Assembly (NCBI GenBank): GCA_034659295.1
Contig: JAYEGX010000074.1
Location: 1-32,163, forward strand
Length of the DNA: 32,163 nucleotides
Reading direction: 5' to 3'
DNA from: Candidatus Altiarchaeota archaeon
GTDB taxonomy: Archaea > Altiarchaeota > Altiarchaeia > IMC4 > QMZM01
The notes below the pieces were generated by a model. The model saw only the letters and a list, made by a program, of their open reading frames with translations, did no database searches and had not been told where the DNA came from. The position numbers were made by a program, and so were the translations under genes. Below are positions 25,870-32,163 of the stretch, one piece after another (position 1 is the first letter of the stretch; each line of letters opens with the position of its first letter).

Positions 25870-28110
25870 TTAACTGTAGTAGTTACATTCGTCTTGTCTA
25901 TATGATGTATACGGGTCATCGGGGCACCCGTCCAAGTGGGGTTTTAGCGCAAAATCCTTAAGATGACCGTAGGCTGCGGGCCCGAAACAGGAAATGGGAG
26001 TGTAGTATGACATGATGAAGTCTTTTCTAATATCTTCATCTTCTGGTGGAATAACTCCTCCCTCACTTTTGCTGCAGTCAGGGCAGTTAGGATAACTGGG
26101 GCAGGCATCACAGTTTACTCCTCCTCCGTTAACGTGCGCGAAACCTAGAGTGTGTCCTAATTCATGCGTCGGGACCAATAGATCAGAAATTTCCCAGTCT
26201 CTTTTAACAGCCGCTCCTATAGAAGGGATGCCTCCACATTTACCTGTCGAATCATGATCGTTATGTGAGCTTATGGCAAGGAATTTATCATAGATTACTC
26301 CTTTATCACTTAAACATTCGTATGCTTTTTCAATGCAATCATTCAGATCCTTTGCACATTTTTCTGGTCCGCAGTCGCTTGGTTGAAGAATCACCGGAGC
26401 TACTTTTGCTGTACAGATACGGAAAGGAGTCTTGTCTCTGAATTGAGTTATAACATCATTTGCTTTAGAGTTGAATACGCCTGCTTCACTTTCCTCCCAG
26501 CCCACTGGGACTACTGCCAGCTTAAAGTCTCCTCCTGGTTCAGGAGTGCATCGTTTCACACACCCATATGAAACGCTAGCATCATGGTATCCTCCCGCAT
26601 AATCGCATGTGTTTTCATCACTATCTGATGTAGTAGTGGATTGCTCTATCACGTAGATATCTGTACCTACAATAGAACATACAGTATTTTCATACAATCT
26701 TATATCATGAGAAGAAGATTCTAGTTTAATTCCATCACAATGGTTTTTCTTTACAATGTTGTGTGTAACTGCATCTCCCGAAGAACCATGGATAACAATC
26801 CCCTCCCCTTCGTTTTCGTTCACGGTGTTGTCTGTCAATTCGTTAGCATTTGAGGAAGAAGAGATATAAATCCCACTTTTATTGTTTTCATTCACTGTGT
26901 TGTCTGTCAATTTATTACCATTTGAGGAAAAGAAGATCCAAACCCCATATACTTCGTTTTCGTTCACTGTGTTTTTTGTCAACACATTATTGTTTGAGGA
27001 AGAGATAACAATCCCACATTGCTTGTTTTTGTTCACTGTGTTACCTGTCAAAACATTGTTCTCTGAGGTAGAGATAATAATCCCATCCCCCTCGTTTTCG
27101 TTCACGGTGTTGTCTTTTAATACGTTATTGTTTGAGGTGTCACTGAGAAAAACACCTTTCCAAAATTCCTTAATAGTGCAGTCTTGGATGGTATTACCTG
27201 TTCCACCGATCATATATATCCCAGAGTCGCTACCTCTTCCGTCTATGAAATGTCCTCCGCAATCAAAGGTCACACCATCATTCTCCCAGGTAATGCAGAT
27301 CCCCGGGTAGTCTGATATATCGTCCATCAACAATATAGTATCCCCCTCCTTAGCGTTCTTGATCGCTTCGGTGCAGCTCTCGCAGCTGTCGCATGTGAGC
27401 CCGGCAGGACTGCCGTATTCTGCAAGGACGACATTATCTCCCCACTTAAACTTCACACAGTGCGGTCCCGTATCTTCCGGAGGTAGTTTATCGAGGCTGG
27501 TGCATTTCACCGTTTTAGACTTGCCTCCCTCAACAGTTAAACTGAGTTCACCCTCATTGAACTCGACGCAGGAGGTGGTTATCTCCGTGAAATCAGACCC
27601 CGGTGGCTCCGGCTCACATCCCGTGTCTTTGGCTATATAGAACTCCACCAGATGGGTTTCTGCCGTTCCCCCCTTATTTGTTATACTACCTATAAGCCTC
27701 CGGATGCATGAGCCGCCCACAGGACCTCCGCAGCACCCGCAGTCGAAGCCCCGCTCCATGCACCTATATTCATCAAGACTATCAATACCTAGCGGGTCCC
27801 TACAGCAGTAGGTTCCGGTGTCGGCAGTGCAGGTTTTGGCACCGCATGAGCCTTCCACACCAACATCCTCGCATCCGCCACTGCATTTAAAACAGTATCC
27901 CCCAGATATGCTATGACCTCCACAGGTCCCATAATCAAAACCCTTAGCAACACACATATCCCCGTGGCCTGCAGCCTTGCAGGTATACGGCAGACCATCA
28001 CAGGACTCAGCAGGACATCCATCCTCACAAAGCCAACCCCAGGCCTGAGCAGATACCGGATTACTGCCGATAAATAATACCGCAACCATCAACCAAAATG
28101 TTTTTTTCAT
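25870..28110 (-). CDS. Secreted multidomain zinc metalloprotease (Cys-rich / Ig-like / parallel beta-helix / metzincin)
   Basis: Signal peptide ending VSA|QA; about seven ~23-aa N.L..NTV..N...GI beta-helix repeats; HELGHTLGFAH (HExxHxxGxxH) and Met-turn FIMSY. Confidence 0.87.
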   Translation of the reverse strand: MKKTFWLMVAVLFIGSNPVSAQAWGWLCEDGCPAESCDGLPYTCKAAGHGDMCVAKGFDYGTCGGHSISGGYCFKCSGGCEDVGVEGSCGAKTCTADTGTYCCRDPLGIDSLDEYRCMERGFDCGCCGGPVGGSCIRRLIGSITNKGGTAETHLVEFYIAKDTGCEPEPPGSDFTEITTSCVEFNEGELSLTVEGGKSKTVKCTSLDKLPPEDTGPHCVKFKWGDNVVLAEYGSPAGLTCDSCESCTEAIKNAKEGDTILLMDDISDYPGICITWENDGVTFDCGGHFIDGRGSDSGIYMIGGTGNTIQDCTIKEFWKGVFLSDTSNNNVLKDNTVNENEGDGIIISTSENNVLTGNTVNKNKQCGIVISSSNNNVLTKNTVNENEVYGVWIFFSSNGNKLTDNTVNENNKSGIYISSSSNANELTDNTVNENEGEGIVIHGSSGDAVTHNIVKKNHCDGIKLESSSHDIRLYENTVCSIVGTDIYVIEQSTTTSDSDENTCDYAGGYHDASVSYGCVKRCTPEPGGDFKLAVVPVGWEESEAGVFNSKANDVITQFRDKTPFRICTAKVAPVILQPSDCGPEKCAKDLNDCIEKAYECLSDKGVIYDKFLAISSHNDHDSTGKCGGIPSIGAAVKRDWEISDLLVPTHELGHTLGFAHVNGGGVNCDACPSYPNCPDCSKSEGGVIPPEDEDIRKDFIMSYYTPISCFGPAAYGHLKDFALKPHLDGCPDDPYTSYRQDECNYYS

Positions 28111-28151
28111 TCACATACCCTATAATCAATATTAATCATTGAACTTGAATA

Positions 28152-29987
28152 TCATGGCTCCAACCACTCCACCCTGAGATTCATCAGAATGTCACCGCCT
28201 CCAGTGCATTCTCCTTTGCAGCAGTAGCCTGACTCGCAGGTTCCGGAGACTGTGCTGCAGTCCTCGTATGAGCTGCAGGGTTTTTCCATGCATTTACCGC
28301 CCACATCCACGCAGTCAGGTCTGTCACCGATGAGACCCGGCTCCCAGAGCAGGTCAACCAACATAACAGCTACGCCTATGATAATCAACCCCGCGATCAC
28401 GTAAATCAAACACCTCTTGGATTTCTCCTTTGTCTCCACATCATCTGCTAGGATGAACCTGATGCCGCATACGGCGAAAATCAGTGCAGCTAATATGATG
28501 GACGCCAGCGTTATAGCCTTGTATAAGTCCACCACGCCGATGTTGAATCTGCACTTGCTCTTGCAGACCTGCTTGCACCTTGCTACCGCGTCCTCGCTTC
28601 CCTTGAAGTCATTATCCGCTGGGTCACAGAAGGTATCACAGCAATCAACGCAGTCTTCATCTGCTAGCCCGCAGGGTGCCAGCCCCCCGCAGACGCCGCC
28701 ACACTTCGCGAGACAGTTCCCCTCACCTAGGCTAATTTCCTCAATCTCAACAGGACCTTCCTTCGTGTTGCAGGTGCAGGTGCAGGATACGACTTTGTCA
28801 CCATCACCGTCACCATCACCATCTCCGTCACCATCACCGTCTCCGTCACCATCACCATCACCGTCTCCGTCACCATCACCGTCACCATCCCCGTCACCGT
28901 CACCATCCCCGTCACCATCACCGTCTCCGTCACCACCCCCAGAGCAAGCTCCCATACAACAAGAAAAACCTGAATCGCAGACTCCGTCTGCAATTGGCTT
29001 GCAATCAGTATATTCGCTGCAGTCTTGTTCCATGCACTTACCGCCAACTTTATCACAGGCATCCGAATCACCTAAATGCTTATTTAGAAAACCAAGAAGA
29101 GCAACCATATCTTTATTATTAGGCACACCCTTATAATCTGTTTCAAAAAACCAGCCGAAATTATGATCATAGCCTGTTGTCTCCCTATATTCAAAATACA
29201 CGCCCGCACCCTCAAGCTTATCACGTAATTCCCTGCTCTGCTGTATGGGAACCACATAATCCCCCTTATCATGTATTATAAAAAAGGGGGGATCACCACC
29301 ATCAACATAAGTCACAGCACTATACTTCAATGCCTTCTGATTGCAAGGAGGGTTAGACTCATCGGGCTTACAACCCAAAAGCATATCCAAAAGATTATCA
29401 TGTTCAGGAGGCATACCCTGACCATAGCAACCCCAATAAATACAATCCCAGCAACCCAACCGATAATCCCTACAATACAGAGACAGGGAAAATAGATTCG
29501 ACAAACCAGACATATCAACAACCGCATCAACCGAACCACTGCCCTCAGTCGTCCCATAAAAAGAAGACAGATGAGCTCCCGCCGAACCCCCGATAACAGC
29601 AAACTCCTTAGTATAACCATATTTCTCATATTGCTCTGGACGCTTAAGCCATCTCACAGCGCTGCTAACATCCTCAGTCGGCGCAGGAAACTCCTCCTTA
29701 AGCCGGTAATTAATCGAAGCATAAGCAAAAGAAAAACCATAAGGATTAAGCTCCGGATCATTAAGAAAACCACTATAGTAAGCCCAATGATCTGACTTAT
29801 CCCCACTGATAAAACCACCTCCATGAATGAAAATAACAAGCGGCTTAGGATCCCCCTCAGGAATAGAAAGATCAAGCTTCTGATATCTATCACTCCCATA
29901 CGGCAAATCCTTATGCACAACGGCAGCATCCACAGAATTAACAACCAGCAACAAAACCAAAACAAACACAAACCTCCAATCAACCAT
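28152..29987 (-). CDS. Secreted alpha/beta-hydrolase (HSL-like esterase) fused to Cys-rich modules, a (GD)23 spacer and a TrbC/VirB2-like pilin hairpin
   Basis: Probable start 29987 (MVDWRFVFVLVLLLVVNSVDA); HGGGF, GGSAG, HDKGD and GYDH triad motifs; two TMs separated by ADDVETKEKSKR. Confidence 0.85.
   Translation of the reverse strand: MVDWRFVFVLVLLLVVNSVDAAVVHKDLPYGSDRYQKLDLSIPEGDPKPLVIFIHGGGFISGDKSDHWAYYSGFLNDPELNPYGFSFAYASINYRLKEEFPAPTEDVSSAVRWLKRPEQYEKYGYTKEFAVIGGSAGAHLSSFYGTTEGSGSVDAVVDMSGLSNLFSLSLYCRDYRLGCWDCIYWGCYGQGMPPEHDNLLDMLLGCKPDESNPPCNQKALKYSAVTYVDGGDPPFFIIHDKGDYVVPIQQSRELRDKLEGAGVYFEYRETTGYDHNFGWFFETDYKGVPNNKDMVALLGFLNKHLGDSDACDKVGGKCMEQDCSEYTDCKPIADGVCDSGFSCCMGACSGGGDGDGDGDGDGDGDGDGDGDGDGDGDGDGDGDGDGDGDGDGDGDGDKVVSCTCTCNTKEGPVEIEEISLGEGNCLAKCGGVCGGLAPCGLADEDCVDCCDTFCDPADNDFKGSEDAVARCKQVCKSKCRFNIGVVDLYKAITLASIILAALIFAVCGIRFILADDVETKEKSKRCLIYVIAGLIIIGVAVMLVDLLWEPGLIGDRPDCVDVGGKCMEKPCSSYEDCSTVSGTCESGYCCKGECTGGGDILMNLRVEWLEP
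28797..28934 (-). repeat. Coding low-complexity repeat (Gly-Asp)23
   Basis: 138 nt = 46 codons, with mixed GGT/GGA/GGG and GAT/GAC codons. Confidence 0.95.
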
Positions 29988-30094
29988 CTTTTCTTTTCTC
30001 TCCCACATACACGACACCCCACCGTAACATTATTAATATCTTAGGTTATATATCTGTCCCTGTGATTCCATCACCTTTCTGCGTGCATGTTTCT

Positions 30095-32161
30095 TCAGGG
30101 GCAGGCTACCTCCCTCTGGCCGCTCCACCTGTCCACGTAATCGCATATTGTGTTCCCGGAGGCGTCGTTGAGTTTCACGTGGATAATGGGTCCAGTGCAC
30201 AAAAGCTCATAGAGGGAGTAGGTGCCTATGCCCACCTCCTTGCTCCACTCCATCTCGCATACGAGATAGTCGGCGGTCGATATAATCAACTCTATCACCC
30301 AATAGCATACCATGGCTCCGGCTGCAATAACAATCAAGGCAGGAAGATTCATGGTACAAATCGCCGCCAGTGTTGCAAGCAGGAAGGGCAGTATAAACGC
30401 CAACGTCACCACCAAACCCCCAATGTGCATGTAAAATCCTATCTTCGTAAGGTAGATGTCTCTATTCTCGTATCCTGATGCTATGAGTCTATTCCCTGCC
30501 TCCATAAAGAGTATGCCCAATACAAGCCCGGCTATTGAACCGTATCTGGCGTATTTACTCCGCCCGATATCCCTCAGTTGTTTAATCTCCTCACCCCTCA
30601 CCTTACGCCCATACCCCGAGTAATCGCTGTCATGCTGCCTGTCCAGCTTATCCGCGATCTCCATGTTCTTCTCTATTGCCTCAACCCACCTCCCCTCTGA
30701 CTCCACTATCTCCTTAGTTACCTCCAGCTTACCTGTATCAACAAGGTCCTTGTATTTAGTAGCTGCCTCCCCTCCCTCAGACATGACCTCAATGTAGTCG
30801 TCATAGGATACTCTGTTAAGCTTTTCAAGAAGTTCGGTGAAATGAGTTATCCTGTTTCTCGCAACCTCCTCAGCTGACATGCCCATATAGTCTATAATCT
30901 CCGGAGCCATTCTCAGCTCCCGGATATAATCTCTTGTAGCCTCTATTATCGACCTGACATTTGCTTTATCTTCTGGGGTGATTAGGATACTGTCACCGTC
31001 TAACTCACGCAACATATCCTTCATTTTATCATCCAGTTCCACAATCAGATGCACATCCACTTTCTTGAGATAATACTGTTTCTCAAGCTCTCCGATAATC
31101 TCTTTGTTGATTCTTTCATAGTATTCCACGCGACGGTTTATGACCTTTACCTTATGCTGTACCCCGAGCAGTGAAACAAATTCCGTGATTTTAGCTCTGA
31201 TCAGAGGTAGATAGTGGTCGTAGGTTCCTTTCATGTTATCCGGGTGATTTATGTATTCCGTGATTATGTCCGACGTCATTTTATGATCGTTCATTAGATT
31301 GGCTGCTTGAGCCAGCCTCTTACATGCCTTACCGTATTCTCCCCGTCCCGCATAAAATTCAGCTCCAAGCGACCCGTCGATGATCTCCCCCAGCCCGGTC
31401 CCCATAACCTCCGGCGTGATCTTCAGTTCCCCGAACTGGTCTTGTATATCAGCTAACAGAGCAGAGGGTCCGATAAAAATGTTTTTGGTCATGAGTATGC
31501 GATTCCGCGCACCCAACCTCTCAACAATCTCCCTGAATGTGCCGTCAAACATCAGTTTATCAGGATAAATATCTCTCCCAGCAAACAATGTATCCCTAAG
31601 CTCAAATAATCTGATTGTCACCATATTCAGGATACTCTCCCGCATATTCCGCGGTAAATCCTCTGAAAAGATAACGAAATAATCAAGGTCACTGATGACG
31701 CGATTGAAGTTTATTGACGCCTTCTCCCCCTCCAGCGTGTACCCGTAGGATGTACTCCCGCCGTATACTATAGAAAACTCTCCCTTGAAGCTTGGATCCT
31801 CCGCCTTGAGTTCCGCTAGTATGTCGTTCACAATCCCCTCCGTTGCCTCAATTAGGTTACCTCTTAATTCCCCGTCGATTACCACATCAAGGCTTTCTTT
31901 TGTGAGAGGCTCCGAGGTCCTGTAGCAGCCGCCGCCAGTGCACATCGATGTAACACCCGGCACCGCAATCCGCCGCTGGAATTCACAGAATTTATTCACG
32001 GTCTCCAGGAGGAGACGATTAGCTTCCTCCGCAGGAAGCGCAAGCATTTCCTTAAGTAGGGGGCCGTTTTTTATGAGGTCGGTCTCAAGGGAATCCGCGA
32101 TAAACTTTTTTTCGTCATCAGTGAACTCCCCCAGGTTATTCCTAATTGCCTCAAGCGCGCC
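30095..32161 (-). CDS. Large protein (5'-truncated by the window) with a Pol-beta-like nucleotidyltransferase motif, a helical region and three C-terminal hydrophobic helices
   Basis: The frame stays open from 32047 to the window edge (GALEAIRNNLGEF...GPLLKE|MLALP). IVYGGS...SDLDYFVIF motif; hydrophobic SIAGLVLGILF, IGGLVVTLAFILPFLLATLAAI and LPALIVIAAGAMVCYWVIELII; four-Cys tail. Confidence 0.8.
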   Translation of the reverse strand, partial: GALEAIRNNLGEFTDDEKKFIADSLETDLIKNGPLLKEMLALPAEEANRLLLETVNKFCEFQRRIAVPGVTSMCTGGGCYRTSEPLTKESLDVVIDGELRGNLIEATEGIVNDILAELKAEDPSFKGEFSIVYGGSTSYGYTLEGEKASINFNRVISDLDYFVIFSEDLPRNMRESILNMVTIRLFELRDTLFAGRDIYPDKLMFDGTFREIVERLGARNRILMTKNIFIGPSALLADIQDQFGELKITPEVMGTGLGEIIDGSLGAEFYAGRGEYGKACKRLAQAANLMNDHKMTSDIITEYINHPDNMKGTYDHYLPLIRAKITEFVSLLGVQHKVKVINRRVEYYERINKEIIGELEKQYYLKKVDVHLIVELDDKMKDMLRELDGDSILITPEDKANVRSIIEATRDYIRELRMAPEIIDYMGMSAEEVARNRITHFTELLEKLNRVSYDDYIEVMSEGGEAATKYKDLVDTGKLEVTKEIVESEGRWVEAIEKNMEIADKLDRQHDSDYSGYGRKVRGEEIKQLRDIGRSKYARYGSIAGLVLGILFMEAGNRLIASGYENRDIYLTKIGFYMHIGGLVVTLAFILPFLLATLAAICTMNLPALIVIAAGAMVCYWVIELIISTADYLVCEMEWSKEVGIGTYSLYELLCTGPIIHVKLNDASGNTICDYVDRWSGQREVACP

Positions 32162-32163
32162 CT

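Noticed and set aside
28417-29136. 239-aa plus-strand ORF with a (Ser-Pro)n tract
   Set aside because: It is the antisense shadow of the (GD)23 repeat in the esterase-pilin gene, which has clear catalytic motifs and a signal peptide.
29271-30022. Several overlapping ORFs suggesting frameshifted genes
   Set aside because: They are alternative-frame products of the G/T-biased esterase sequence, whose main frame is uninterrupted.
30062-30478. 138-aa plus-strand ORF
   Set aside because: Antisense to the 3' end of the large NTase-motif gene, with no motif or independent support.
31915-31945. GGGC as the start of a Hint/intein autoprocessing domain
   Set aside because: The residues after the Cys (YRTSEPL) do not match the Hint block A pattern, and no HN-type end is visible.
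1-32163. tRNA, rRNA, transposase or integrase genes
   Set aside because: None recognised by eye; short RNAs could be missed without tRNAscan or Infernal.

Overview
Archaeal chromosomal window with no rRNA, tRNA or CRISPR array seen. The gene families and the Cys-rich, VirB2-pilin-like surface proteins suggest an Altiarchaeota/DPANN-type organism, but this is inference. Bases 1-22.5 kb are mostly housekeeping: coaB-coaD, secF-secD, an A-type ATPase operon holding only the soluble and stalk subunits (H,E,F,A,B,D; no I,K,C), pyrH, a PfkB kinase, an atypical tandem AAA+ ATPase, an AIM24 protein, a free-standing N-terminal PheT (editing) fragment, trkH, a KaiC-like ATPase, nre, a TIGR00300 protein, an orphan MNT and thiDN. 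Bases 22.5-24.8 kb are a decaying accessory patch with two toxin-antitoxin pairs. Both toxins are broken by point lesions that I located by hand (HEPN: in-frame TAA; DUF6516/TumE-like: two +1 frameshifts), while the antitoxins are intact. The patch also holds an 11-bp x6 tandem repeat, nested inverted repeats and a gene relic. Bases 24.9-32.2 kb are the best candidate for an undescribed system: four co-oriented Cys-rich surface or membrane genes. They encode a Pol-beta-type nucleotidyltransferase with C-terminal membrane helices (5' end outside the window), an esterase fused to a VirB2/TrbC-like pilin hairpin with defensin-like modules and a (GD)23 spacer, a secreted beta-helix/metzincin protease, and a membrane-anchored Cys-rich partner. 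All family assignments come from motif recognition by eye; no searches were run.
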